Both the position numbers and the translations under genes were made by a program. The notes under the pieces are model-generated. The model was not told where the DNA came from, made no database searches, and saw nothing but the letters and a program-made list of their open reading frames with translations. From positions 2,272,001-2,336,000 of the forward strand of contig CAVWVQ010000003.1 in assembly GCA_963758525.1 (NCBI GenBank): a stretch of 64,000 nucleotides of DNA, given 5' to 3'. This document shows positions 9,199 through 21,970 of the stretch, in pieces; the first letter of the stretch is position 1; each line of letters begins with the position of its first letter. The stretch comes from an uncultured Phycisphaerales bacterium (GTDB lineage: Bacteria > Planctomycetota > Phycisphaerae > Tepidisphaerales > Tepidisphaeraceae).

Positions 9199-9654
9199 AT
9201 GACCGCCGTTTCTCTCTTGGATTTGCTCCGTCGCTCTGAACCCGTCGGGGGTGCCGCTCATGGCGAGCTTAGCGACTCTGCTGGGCGCCTCGCGGCGCAG
9301 TTGGTGGAAGCCTCGCTGGGTGACTGGTGCCGCATCAGGCAATACGAGAAGGATTTCACGCCGGTCGATTGGACAGACCGGGCGACTGCCCTGGAGATTG
9401 ATCGATCGATTTACGCGCTGCACGCGGATTGGGCTGCCGAAGCCGACCAGATATTGCAGCGTGTGCGGCGTCTGGCGGAGTCCGGTCACCCGGTGCCCAA
9501 GACCGACGAGTTGCAGGACGCGCTCGGCCTGACACGGGCGCGGCTGGAGCTCACGCCTGAAACGATCGCCGGCGCGATGGATCGGATGCACCCAGGCCAA
9601 ATCATTCCCGCGAAGGATCTGCGTAATGAGCTGGGGCTCTGCCTGAGAACGTAG
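9199..9654 (+). CDS. Hypothetical helical protein with antitoxin-like C-terminus; last codons altered by MITE
   Basis: Extended -10 TGGTATAAT at 9181-9189; ends AMDRMHPGQIIPAKDLRNEL. Confidence 0.7.
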   Translation: MTAVSLLDLLRRSEPVGGAAHGELSDSAGRLAAQLVEASLGDWCRIRQYEKDFTPVDWTDRATALEIDRSIYALHADWAAEADQILQRVRRLAESGHPVPKTDELQDALGLTRARLELTPETIAGAMDRMHPGQIIPAKDLRNELGLCLRT

Positions 9655-9911
9655 CGGGGTCGCGTTGCTGCGCAAAGGGGCCAGGTGCTAGAAGCCGCGA
9701 CGAAGCGACTCAACGAAACGAGTCGTTAAGGAGCGGCGCCAACGCACATGGCCCCTTTGCGGAGCAACCCGAAGGGACTAGGGACTTTCGGCCCCGGTCC
9801 GGCGTCGCATCTCCTCGGTGACTCTTCTTCCTGAGTCTCCCTCGTCGAAGCTCCTTGCCCCGGGGCCGAAATTCCCGTCGTCGCGGCCCCGTTACGTTTT
9901 CAGGCAGAGCC
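9635..9911. mobile_element. 277-bp non-autonomous MITE
   Basis: ~30-bp imperfect TIRs GGCTCTGCCTGAGAACGTAGCGGGGTCGCG / CGCGGCCCCGTTACGTTTTCAGGCAGAGCC; TGG duplicated on both flanks; two long internal hairpins. Confidence 0.85.
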
Positions 9912-10162
9912 TGGCTCGGCTTCGCGCCTGACGCGAGATCGCAGTGGCAGGAACTGTCCGTCCAACTGCAGGAACGCGTTCTTGACGAGTTGGACGCCCT
10001 CGCCGAAGTCCCGCCTCGTGCGCCGCGCGGAGTTGCGCTTCACGATTTTGTTTACCCCGCCGAAGGGCGCGGCATTACATCTTTCTCCGGCTGCTTGTCG
10101 ATCTCGCCGGCGGACAACTGACGGTCATTGGAATCTTCCATCACGAATCCCGGCCAGCGTAA
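9912..10162 (+). pseudogene. RelE/ParE-like toxin gene whose start (ATG 9626) is cut off by the MITE; frameshift near 10070
   Basis: (MS)WLGFAPDARSQWQELSVQLQERVLDELDALA...HYIFLRLLVDLAGGQLTVIGIFH. Confidence 0.55.
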
Positions 10163-10221
10163 CGGGACGTTTGAACCTGTGGGTGTAACTTTTATTTGTG
10201 GCGATTGCAGATTTTGCGATC

Positions 10222-10289
10222 GTAGGGCGGGATTCATCCCGCCGTTTTCTCAGCCGGCCAACAAATCGGCGGGATGAATCCCGCCCTAC
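10222..10289. repeat. GTAG-type REP doublet (REPIN)
   Basis: GTAGGGCGGGATTCATCCCGCCG ... CGGCGGGATGAATCCCGCCCTAC, perfect 23-bp inverted pair. Confidence 0.9.
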
Positions 10290-10420
10290 TCGGAGCCGAT
10301 CGCCACTTTCGAGCGCCACACCCTCTTCTTCCGCAAGGCTTCATCGATTCTTGACATGACCTGATATGCTGCCGGAGCGTCTGGGGATCTTTCACGGACG
10401 ATTCTCAGCGAGGAGCTGGC

Positions 10421-11029
10421 GTGCCATTTGAAATGCGTCTCATCATCGCGGCCCTGTGCATTTCACTCTCACTTCACGGACGCGCTCGCGCTGAAGCAAA
10501 TAGCGATCGCATCGTCGTCATGATCAGTGTCGATGGCCTGGCGGCCTTCTACCACGAGGATCCCAAGGCACAGATGCCGAACATCCGCGCTCTCGCGGAT
10601 CAGGGCGCCAGCGCCAGCTCGATGAAAGCGTCCACGCCGACCGTGACTTGGCCGAACCACACGACGCTGGTCACCGGCGATAACCCGGCGCGCCACGGCG
10701 TGGTGGGAAATCATTACTTCGATCGCGCCGCTGGGAAGAACGTGGCGCTGATTTCTGATCCCGTTTTCGACAAGGATCAGATCGTCAAGGTTCCGACGAT
10801 TTACGACCTGGCCAAAGGCGCCGGCTTGCGGACGGCCGCAATCCGCTGGCCGGCGACGCGCAATGCCAGGACGCTCGACTGGACTCTGCCCGACGTCGCT
10901 CCCACCGTCGCGGCGCTTCTGGGAATTGCCATGCCCAACACCGACGGCAAGCCGCTGTCAGGCGTCCTCGATCTTCCGAAAACTTCCGCCGCCTCGAAGA
11001 CGGAACCGAGGACCGTCGCGGCTCCGTGA
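10421..11029 (+). pseudogene. Alkaline phosphatase/nucleotide pyrophosphatase family protein, internally deleted
   Basis: Signal peptide, ISVDG, TPTVTWPNHTTLVTG, HGVVGN; jumps from DWTLPDV to the terminal DVAPTVAALLG motif. Confidence 0.75.
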
Positions 11030-11126
11030 AACTGACGCGGTTTTGATCATCGCGGCGAAGGAATCCGCCGATCGGAAGCTGCGGCGTTGCCCGGTTCCCG
11101 GCGGCCTCGAATCACCGGGAGGACCA

Positions 11127-13316
11127 ATGGCTTCTCTCTCGATCAATCAGGCGATCGCGTTGGCCGTGCAACACCACCGTGCGCGGCGTCTCGGAGCGGC
11201 AAAATCGATCTACAGCCAGATTCTTTCCTACGAGCCGCAACATGCGGACGCGTTAGATTTGCTTGGGATGCTCAGCGCAGAGGAGGGGGACCTTGCCGGC
11301 GGGATTCGTCTGGTTCGTCAGGCGATTCAGATCCAGCCGGCGGCGGCCGCGTACCATCTGCATCTTGGAAAACTGCTGATGGGGATCAGTCGGCCGCAGG
11401 AAGCTCTGGCCGCCTGTGTGCGAGCGACCGAACTTGATCCAACCAGCGCAGACGCGTTCGCCGGTCTTGGCAGCATCTTGCTGTCGCTGGGGCGTCTCAC
11501 GGAGGCGGTCAGCAGCTATCAGCGGGCGTTTGCCTCCGCATCAGCGCCGGACGCCTTCCAAGTCGCGCGATGGAGAAACGAGCTTGGCGTGGGGCTGGCA
11601 AAGTCAGACCGACTGGATGAAGCGATCCTCGAGCTGCGCACCGCCTCCCAGCTCGATCCCGTTTACGCTGAGCCGTATGCGAACCTGTCCCTGGTGCTGC
11701 AGCGGCAAGGCCGATTGGTCGAAGCGCTCTCCGCATGCCGGCGAGCGATCGAACTCCGGCCCGATTTCGCCAACGCATATAACAACCTGGCGGTGATATC
11801 AGGCAGGCTTGGGAAGCGCGAAGAATCGATCGCCGCCAGCCGCGAAGCGATTCGGTTGAATCCCGCCGCGCCCGGGCTTTACACGAACCTGATCCAACGG
11901 CTCGTTGAGCACGGCGATGTCGACGGGGCCTTGGAAGCCGCTCATCAGGCGATCAAGCTGGCGCCGGAAAACCCCTCCCTGCACCAGGCCTTGGGCGGCG
12001 TGCTCAGAGACATCGGGCAGCTCGACGAATCGCTGGCTGCTTTCGACCGGGCGATCGAACTCGACCCTTGCGACGCGAAAGCCCATAGCGGCCGGATCTT
12101 TGCCAGGCATTTCCACCCTGGTTCAGAGCAGCGCGCGCAGGCTGAAGACCTTCGCCTCTGGGACAAACGACACGCCCTGCCGCTTCGCGACCGCCGTCCC
12201 TGCGGCAATGATCCCGATCCGGATCGGCGGCTGCGGATCGGGTACATCTCTCCGGATTTTACCCATCACGTGCTCGCATTCCTGATGCTGCCACTTTTCA
12301 CTTGTCACGACCGCCGGCTGATCGAAACGCATTTCTACTCAGACGTCTGCAATCCGACTGAGCTTACCGGGAAGTTTCGCGCCGCGCGGATCGGTGGACG
12401 GACACCGTCGGGCTTTCCGACCAGCAGGTTGCCCAGACAATCCGCAACGATCGGGTGGACATCCTCGTCGACCTGACGATGCACATGCGTAACAACCGCC
12501 TGCTCGTCTTCGCGCAAGGCCGCCCCGATCCAGGTAACCTGGTGCTATCCCGGTTCGACCGGCCTGGGCGCCATCGACTACCGCCTGACCGACCCCTACC
12601 TCGATCCGCCGGGACTCTTCGACGATTGCTATTCGGAGCAATCCATTCGATTGCCTGACACGTTCTTCTGCTATGACCCGATGATTGAAGAGCCCGCCGT
12701 TGCCGAGGCGCCGGTCGTCACCAATGGGTTCATCACCTTCGGCTGCCTGAATAACTTCTGCAAGATCAACCCGTCGATCCTCCGGCTGTGGTCGAGGATA
12801 TTGCGTGCGGTGCCGCGTTCGAGGCTCATGCTGTTGTGCCCGCAAGGGACGCACCGCAAGCGGCTCTGCGAAATCCTCGCGGAAGATGGCATCTCCGCCG
12901 ACCGCGTGGAGTTGGTGCAGGGCCGGCCACGGCCTGAGTATCTCAAGCTCTACCACCGCATCGATATTTCCCTCGATCCGCTTCCATACAACGGCCACAC
13001 GACCAGCCTCGACTCCTTCTGGATGGGCGTGCCAGTGATCACGCTGGTCGGACAGACGGTGGTCGGACGGGCGGGAGTGAGTCAACTCACCAATCTCGGG
13101 CTCTGCGAATTGATCGCCCGCGACGCCGACGGATATGTCGATTTAGCGATGAAGCTGAGTTCAGATCCCCCGCGGCTGCTCGCGTTGCGGGCGGGAATGC
13201 GGCAGAGGATAAAAGCATCGCCCTTGATGGATGGCGAGCGCTTCGCACGCAACGTCGAAGCGGCCTATCGACTGATGTGGGTTCGGTGGTGCACTCAGCG
13301 AGGTGCGACGCATTGA
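11127..13316 (+). CDS. TPR-repeat O-GlcNAc transferase (SPINDLY/GT41-like); frameshifts near 12385 and 12515
   Basis: TPRs; LRIGYISPDF, DILVDL, FGCLNNFCKI, LDPLPYNGHTTSLDSFWMGVPV. Confidence 0.88.
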
Positions 13317-13330
13317 GCGGTGCATCCATA

Positions 13331-14474
13331 TTACGGACTCGTCCAATTTCCGCTCGACGGCATATTGTATAACGCCGCAGTGTCGGCGGAAGCCACGTTG
13401 GGCTTGATCGTCGCGCCGCGGGGCATCCAGTAGGCTGGGTTTGATCCCTGCAGATCGCCGAGCAGTTCCACGTGACCGTCGTAGAATCCGGCGTTGAACT
13501 TGTAGCTGTCGGCGGGACCATAGCCCTTTCTGTTGCCATGCCGAAACCCGAAGATCCTCGCGTCGGGGTCCCCGGCAATTGGCGTCGGTGTTGCCTGATC
13601 GTTGCCAGGACAGCTCTGGCGGTTCCAACAGGAGCTCAGGTTGTTCCAGGCACCCATGTCGGAATAGGCTCCGCCGTCATTGGCGAGCCAATACAGATAG
13701 TATGTCGGCACGGCGCTAGTGGCGCTCTTCACTAGACCTCACGTATCGTGCGCCATCGGCGATGTAAATCTTTTCAGACGTTTCGCCGATGCTGGTGATC
13801 TTCGGCGAGTAACCCACTGGAGAAGTGTAAACTTTTGTCAAGCATAACTGTGCTCCAGCCTGGGGGAGATTCGCTGTGCCGGCTGGATTCGTGATCGAGG
13901 CCACCTGGAGAAACGCTCCGGCGGTGAAGTAAGAGATCATTGGAATCACCGGCGCATTGTTAACCGCCGCGCCGTTGTCCGAAAAGTTGGGATCCCTGTA
14001 CTGAGGAGCAATATATTCGTTTTCCGGGCATGTGAACACCTGCTGGCTCGTAAGCGTTGTGAAGCGGGTGATGAGATGGGCATTGGATCCGCCCTGATCG
14101 AAGTTGATTCCCAATTCGCTGGCAATCGGCGACTGCCAGTCCCAAATCTGGCAGACCGTTGGACAAATCGTGTCCTTGTAGCCGGGACTGTAAAGAAACA
14201 GGCTCGATGTGTCGGGGCTGCCGGGGATAAATCCCCGGTTCTCCGAGACATACATAGTCATTGCCTGCAAAATGGTTCGGAGATTGGCCGCGCACTGTAT
14301 CGTTCGGGCGGCCCGGCGGGACGCAGCGAGCGCCGGGAGCAGAACTGAAATCAAGACAGAGATGATTCCGATCACCACCAACAGCTCGACCAGGGTAAAC
14401 GCCCTTTGACCACGGCGACTCTTCAGGGACTCACTGGCCGGCGTGAACTTAGCTCCCATCGTTTCTGATTTCAT
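13331..14474 (-). CDS. Prepilin-type N-terminal cleavage/methylation protein (DUF1559 / H-X9-DG type); frameshift near 13730
   Basis: AFTLVELLVVIGIISVLISVLLPAL; C-terminal RHG...NAGFYDGHV. Confidence 0.88.
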
Positions 14475-14507
14475 GTCAAGCTTTCTTCTGTTTCAAAAAA
14501 GAGGAGT

Positions 14508-14987
14508 TCACTGGTCGCTTTCCGCCCGCTTGGCCTGTCGACTCGCCTGCTGTGCGCGATATTCCTCTTCCGTCGGCGGTGGTCGGCGACCGGCGCTTGC
14601 CGGAGGATTGCGAAAAACCACAAGCCGGCCGCACACGGGGCAGAACGTGGGCTGATGGATGCCTTTATAGTCGTTCAGCAAGACCGGCGTAGGGTCGGTG
14701 GCGATGCTCCCGTCCTTCGTCCAATAGCACAACTCGGCGGGGTAACCGGTGTTGGTACCGGTGTAGGGGGACTTGACAGGGGTGGTATCGCCAATCTGGA
14801 GCGTGTATTGGAAAGTCTGCCCCGTGCTGGCGCAGATGTAGAGCCGGGTGAGATCCTGCGCCTTCGCATCGCTCGTTTCCCAGATGAACGACCTGAGCGA
14901 GTGCACCGCGAAGAAAATAGCAACTGCGGCTCCCATCGTAACAATGATCTGCTTGTATTTCCGCTTTGCGTTGCCCATGTCAGCCAT
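14508..14987 (-). CDS. Membrane-anchored Cys-containing hypothetical protein
   Basis: GGAGG RBS, N-terminal TM helix, YIC...ELCYW...FCPVCG. Confidence 0.8.
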   Translation of the reverse strand: MADMGNAKRKYKQIIVTMGAAVAIFFAVHSLRSFIWETSDAKAQDLTRLYICASTGQTFQYTLQIGDTTPVKSPYTGTNTGYPAELCYWTKDGSIATDPTPVLLNDYKGIHQPTFCPVCGRLVVFRNPPASAGRRPPPTEEEYRAQQASRQAKRAESDQ

Positions 14988-15410
14988 CAATCCTCCGTCG
15001 CATGAGAGTTTTCGCTCAAGCTGGTCGGCATCGATTATAGATTCCGAACAATAATGCAAGGCTATGATGTCGTGAAGTGTGTGTTAGCGGCAGACCGGGG
15101 AACATCGCACGTATATATATTTCAAAAATATTCTGGTTGGGATGTGCTTCATTTGCAAGACAGTATCTGCATCTGTAGTTTCGGCCAGAGGAGAACTCCG
15201 TGATTTATCGAAACTTTATTTGCCAGAAACACGAACCGCATTTCGCATACCTACCTTGCCCCACCGACGAGACGCAGAGTGCCAGTCGCATATGTGATGA
15301 ATGGTTGCTGTTCTGCAGGCGTGATGTCCCCGGGCGCTGTTGTTATTCCATAGTCGCTGAGGGTTCAGTCGCGGTTGTTCTATAAATTCAGTTTCAGTGG
15401 AGAGGAATCC

Positions 15411-18400
15411 ATGCGCAAAGTAGTCAAGTCCAAAAGACCCAGCCGTGTCCCGCTCGAAGCGTTCAACCGGAATACGTCGAAGTCTGTTTTACAACCGCGC
15501 CGCGCGACCGCGGAGCAACGGATCGCTCTCGCGCTGGAACCGCTCGAGTCGAGGGTTCTGTTCAGCACCATCGCGAATTGGACGTTTGAAACGACCCCGA
15601 CCGCTTTGGCTGGGACTGCCGCCGCAGGAGCGACGTTTCCCACAAACGGATATCCGGCTGACACGGGCAGCGGGTCGGCAACGGGCGTCCATGCCGCTTC
15701 AGCAACCTACTCTTCGCCGGCTGGAAACGCGCCTACTAGTACCCATTCTTTCAGTGCAAACACATGGGCGGTCGGTGATTATTATCAGTTCCAGGTCAGT
15801 ACGGTTGGGGACAACGGCGTGAAGTTGAGCTTCGACCAGGAGAGCAGCAGCACCGGTCCCAAAGGCTTCACGCTGAAGTACAGCACGGACAACGGTTCGA
15901 CCTTCACCACCTTCAGCGGCGCCGTCAACGGCGACGGCGGCACGACCAACCCTTACCCGGTGGGAACAACCTATTCGACCTACACGGCGGATTTAAGTTC
16001 GATAGCCGCGATCAACAACAACGCCCATGTCATTTTTCAGCTCGTCGACAGCACGGCGCCCAGCGGATACCCGGGCGGTACGGATCGCGTTGACAATGTA
16101 GTGGTCACGGGGTCCAGCCCTGTGGTTGGCTCGCTTGCTGTGAGCCCCACATCGATAGCTCAGGGTTCGGGCACCCCGGTGACGCTCACGGCAGGCGGCG
16201 TGACAGACCCGGGCGGCGGGACGATCACCGGGGTCAACTTTTATGTAAACAGCGTCAGCCCCTCGAACTTGATTTCGGGAACGCCGGTGCAAAACGGCAC
16301 TACCTGGACGTTGTCGGGCGTTTCCACCAGTGGTCTGCCGGCGGGCAATACGACCTATCTCGCGGTGGCCACCGACAGCAGTGGAATAACCAGCGCCTCG
16401 GCCAGCACGAGTCTGACCGTTACGACGCCGATTCCCCCTCCGACCATTACTTCGCTTGCGGTCAATCCCACCTCTGTGACCCCCAACTCCGCTACCACCG
16501 TCACGCTGACGGCCAGCGGTGTTACCGCGCCGAACGGTTACAGCATTACCGGCGTCAGCTTCTACGTGAACAGCGTCAGTCAGTCGAATCTGCTCTCGGG
16601 AACCCCGGTGCAAGACGGCACCACCTGGACCCTTTCCGGCGTCTCCACCAGCACCCTGCCCCTGGGCAACACGACCTACCTGGCCGTGGCCACGGATAAC
16701 CATTCGGCGGACACCAGCAATGCGGCCTCCGCGACGCTGAGTGTCGCCTATCCGCCACCGGTCGCCGACTGGACGTTCGAGACCAGCGCCCCAACGTCGG
16801 CGGGCCCCTTCAACCCCGAAGGCGGCGCAGGCAGCGCCAGCGCGCATCACGCGGGTACATCCGGGTATGCAACCGCCCTGGGCAATGGATCTGCGCACTC
16901 ATTCAGCTCCAACAACTGGGCAGTGGGCGATTACTATCAATTCCAGGTCAGTACGACCAATTTGAGCAACATCGGTTTGCAATTCGATCAGTCGAGCAGC
17001 AATACCGGACCTGGGGTTTTCACCCTGGAATACAGCACCGACGGGACGACCTTCACTCCGTTTACGGGCCAGATTGCAATTAATGGCACGACTGTTAACT
17101 CGACAAATGGCAACTATAACGTTCCGGTCAATGGCCTTTCGTCGGATGGCATTCCGAAAATGACATGGAACGCGGCCGCCTCGGCACAAACAAGCTATAC
17201 TTTCGTCCCCGACCTTTCCGGCATCCAAAGCTCAATCGCCAATCAGACCGCTCTCTACTTCCGGCTGGCAGACGCCAGTACCGCCGCCGCCAGCACTTTC
17301 TCCCCAGGCACCGTTACCAGCGCCGGAACCGATGCCGTCGATAATGTAATTATTACTTCGGGCTCGCGTCCTTCCATCGGTTCGCTCACAGCCAACCCCA
17401 CATCAGTTGTCGCCAACAGCGCCGCGACCATCAGTCTGACTGCCAACAATGTCACCGATCCTAATACCAATGGGGCAGTGACGAGCGTGGAGTTCTATGC
17501 GAACGGCGTCTCGATTGGAGCGGGAACGCAAAGCGGCAACAACTGGACTCTTTCCAATGTCTACGCGAACGTCGTGCCCCTGAATAATCCCACGTACTCC
17601 GCCATTGCCCAGGACAGCCAGGGAGAGCAAAGCGCGCCGGCTACCACCACTCTCGCGATTACCCAATCGGTGATGGCGGACTGGACTTTCGAAACCAGCC
17701 AGCCCGCTCCTGCCAGCCCCGTGACGGGATTGTCATCTGCTTACACCCCCGAGGGCGGTACGCAGGCGAGCGTGAGCGGGGCGACGGTGTACCACGCCAC
17801 AGCGAGCACGATCTCAACGCCTTCCGGTGATGATTCCGCGCATTCGTTCAACTCGAATGTCTGGGCCGTAGGGGACTATTACCAGTTCGAGACTGACACC
17901 GCCGGCGAATCCAATATTCAGTTGAGCTTCGATCAGACCAGCAGCAACACCGGACCCGCTCAGTTCGAGCTGGAATACAGCACGGACGGCAATACCTTTA
18001 CTCCCGTTACGACCGCAATCACCAGCAATGCGGGGCAGACGAGCGTTTCGACTTCGACTGGGGCTTACTCGGTCTTGACCAACTCCGGCGCCACCATTTG
18101 GAGCCCGAGTCCGCCGACCATTCCACCCTCGGAGTTCCATGCCGACTTGTCTTCAATTTCGGCGCTCAACAACACTTCCACCGTCTATTTCCGGCTGTTG
18201 AATTATTCCACCGTCTCCGTCAATGGCGGCACCGTGGCTACCGGCGGAACAGATCGCGTGGACAACATTGCCGTCTCCGGCACGGATATTCCCGTACCGG
18301 TGATCGGCTCGTTCACGGTCACTCCAAATCCGGTGGTGGTTGGGAGCAACACCACGGTCACGTTGACCGCCAGCAGCATCACGGATCCCAATCCGGGCGC

Positions 18401-21400
18401 CACCATCACCGGCGTCAACTTCTACAAGGGAAGCTACAACAGCGCCAATCTGATCGGTGCCGGCACGAACAACGGCGGGACCTGGACGCTTTCGGGCGTG
18501 TCGACGTCGTCACTGCCGACCGGTACGCAAAACTATGTTGCCGTGGCCACGGACAGCGTCCCCATCTCCAGCGCCGCCGTCTCGACGCCGCTGACCATTA
18601 TCGGCACCCAGCAGGTAAGTTTTGACACCGCGAGCTACAGTATCAATGAAACTGCGGGCACGGTCACGATCCAGGTGGACCGAACCGCGTCGCCGGGGAC
18701 ACCGTCACTGGCGGCCCAGGACGCGGCGCAGAGCACAGCCACGACCGTCAATTATGTCACCAGCGACGGTACTCCCTACACCTACGGCAGCACCCAAACC
18801 AGCGGCGCCGCCACGGCAGGAACGGACTACACATCCGCCTCGGGCCCGGTGAACTTCACCAATGGCGCAACCACCGCCACCTTCACCGTCCCGATCAGCG
18901 CCGTGCAAACCTTCGCTGGCACACGCACCTTCAACGTGACCCTCACTCAGGCCGCCGGCTCCCCTGCCACGGTCGGCTCTACCGCAAACACCGCGGTGAC
19001 GATCACCGACGGCACCGTGAGCAATGCCGCCACCCCAACCGGCGCGCCCAGCGCCACGTATAATGCGACCACGGCTGCCACCGCCAGCGGACCCACCAAT
19101 ACGAACAGCACCCTGGCTTATGAGAACCATAACGTCTACCCCATCGCCAGCTTCCCCGAACTCGAGTTTGGAACCGTTTCGAGCGCGCAAAGCGGTTACA
19201 CGGCCGGAAACATCGACAGTGTAAAACTCAGCCTTTACAACACCTCGACCAGCACCGGCGAATCCGGCGTGGCTGGCACGTTCGCCGTCTATCTGCTGAC
19301 CAACGACAGCGTCGCCGCCAGCACCCTCAAATATTCCGCCAATGGAGCCGACACCGCGGCCACGGTCCTCTCCGCCGATGCCAGCGCGTTCAAGGTCGGT
19401 TCGAATGACGCCAACACGCTCGCGCAGGACCTCGCGGAGGACTACGTTGGCACGGGCAACTTCACGAACAACGTGATTGGATACAACGATTTCACGTTCG
19501 ACAACCTGAGCTCGACGGTCAGGGGCGCGCTGGTGAACTACTTCAACGGCACCGACACGAATCCGATTCGCTTCGCAATCGTGCCGACCTCCCCGATGTC
19601 CGTAAACTGGTACGGAAACGGCTCCATCACCGCCCAGCAGCCCCAGCTTACGCTGCTGGTTCAGAAGGGAACGCCCGAAATCTTCGGCCTCAGTCCCCTC
19701 GGCGACGCCAACGCGACCAGCACCACCACCGCCACGATCACCAAGGGAGCCGGCGCGCACCACCGGCACCGAGACCATCACTGTCTCGCGAAGCGGGAGT
19801 GACACCAGCGACTCTGCCATGGTTCCATATACGCTTGGCGGCACGGACGTGATCGGAACGGACTACACCGTCACCGATCCGAATGGCGGCAACAACGGAG
19901 ATACCACCACCACCGGCGGCGTGACCACCGGCACATTCATGTTCCCCGCCAACCAACCCAATGCGACTGAGTCCATCACCATCACCGCCCTCTCGACACC
20001 GCTCTCCTTCGACAAGAACGTGACAATCACGCTGGGCCAGCCGACCGTCGGGGACTCTTCTCACACCGGCCTGGTCGGCGGCATCGGGCAGCAGATCGTG
20101 ACGATTCACGATCCGCTCACCTCGGACACCACATCGGATATCGCCACTGACACTGCGATGGTCAACCCTGCAGTCCCCCCGGCCACGTCCGGAGTGCCGA
20201 CGGGCACCAACTCCGAGCAATACATCGACATCGAGAACTCGGGCGCCGGCGGCGGCAAGGACGCCGCGTTCGGCGTGATCGAGTTCAACAGTCCTATGAG
20301 CGATGACCCCATTCCCGCCTCCGAGATCGGGTCGATCAACCAGGTGTTGTTCAACACGGTCAACGTCCCCGAGTCCTTCGAGAAGGCCGGCCTGGTCAAT
20401 GTCTACGTCACCGACGACACGTCGACCAAACTGGACACTCCCATCTCCCCCCTGGCCTTTCAAACCACCACCGCGGATCCCTCGGGCGGCGAGGGCCTTG
20501 GAACCCAACTCGACGCCGGCACCTCGGGACTGCATTTGCTCGGAACGATCTCTTACAACCCCTCGCAAGCGGCGGGCGCTTACGTTTCTCTCCCCGTGAC
20601 GCTCGACCCACAGTACGGAGCCGCCTCCATGGGCGTGCTGGCGAACGATATTAACAATCAGGACGTGATCAGATTTGTGCTTGCTCCAGCGAAAAACAGC
20701 ACCGTCTCTCTGCAATGGGAAGGCGGCCTGTCGGAAGGGACAGACCCGACCGTATCGTTGAACTACAACCCGCTCTCTGACTTCGTCACTCCGACCTCAA
20801 ACGTAGGTTGGAACGCCGCGACGCAGGCGCTGAACATTAATTCCCCGGCGACAATCAGCGCGGACCCCGCCATATTTCATCTGACGCCGAACATCTTCGG
20901 CTCAGGCAGTTCGGCGCAGCTGACCATCCAGCCAGCCACGTCCCCGACGGATATTCACCTCGGCGGCATCACCCTCAGCAGCGGCGCCGGAATCGATATG
21001 GTCAGCGTGGGGGACAACCGCGCCTTCGACAATCACAACGTGCTGGTGCTCGGCACTGTCAATGCAGTGACCAGCGAGTCGCTCACCAGCAACGTCGCCA
21101 CCCTCACCGCCAACAACTACTTCAACGTGGGTGACACGGTGGTGGTCAGCGGCGCCGACAGCCCGTTCAACGGCACCTTTACGATTACAGCGGTTACGCC
21201 CACTTCCTTCAGCTACGCCGTGCCGGGAAGCAACGCTGATGTTGCAGCCACAGCCCCGCCCATCGGCGCAAGTGCTTCAACGCAGGCGACGGCCCCCGCA
21301 TTCAGCGTTGACGCCGCGAGCAGCATCAACCTGGAAGATAATGACATGATCGTGCATAGCGGCAATGACGGCAGCAGCGACTTCTCAACGGTCTACGGAT

Positions 21401-21840
21401 TGGCAGTGGCAGGCAGCAATGGCATCAACGGGGCGGACACCGGCGAATACTGGAACGCCCCCGGGCTGCAATCTTCCACCGCCAACGCCGCCGACGCTAA
21501 TTCGGAGGTAACGGCCCTGGCGGTTGCGACAAGCGCTCCTCTCTTTGACGCTGATGGAAACACGCTGTCGACATGGACCGTCGGAGGCGCGGTCGAACCG
21601 CTGAACGCCAGCGGAAACGACACGATCGTCAAGTACACCTATGTCGGGGATGTGGATCTGAACGGCAAGGTTGACGCCAGCGACGTCGGAATCGTCTACG
21701 GGAACTATCCGGTCTCCAGCAACGCTCTCTGGACCGATGGAGACACGGATTACAACGGCACCATCGACTCCAGCGATACCGGAAACATTTTCGGTCAATA
21801 CCTGCTGGGCACCGATGGCAGCGGCACTCCGGAACTGTAA
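15411..21840 (+). CDS. Very large extracellular protein (~2100 aa): LEPR-XLL motif, three repeated beta domains, Ig-like repeats, Calx-beta, dockerin-like end; frameshift near 19758
   Basis: LEPLESRVLFS; 3x WTFET...HSF...WAVGDYYQF...GTDxVDN; VSFDTASYSINE; GDVDLNGKVDASD / GDTDYNGTIDSSD. Confidence 0.85.
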
Positions 21841-21970
21841 GTCAGCCAGCGCCCGATCCAGGTCTAATCCTGACTGCAATTACCGCGGCCAGTCAGGACG
21901 GAAGATTCGCTGACGATGAGGAACTGATCCCGCGGCGTGAGAAAAACGAACTTAAAAGGACAAGAACATT

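Noticed and set aside
16180..16700. Near-duplicate DNA segments suggesting a DGR template/variable pair
   Set aside because: They are in-frame Ig-like domain repeats with mostly third-position differences; no reverse transcriptase in the window
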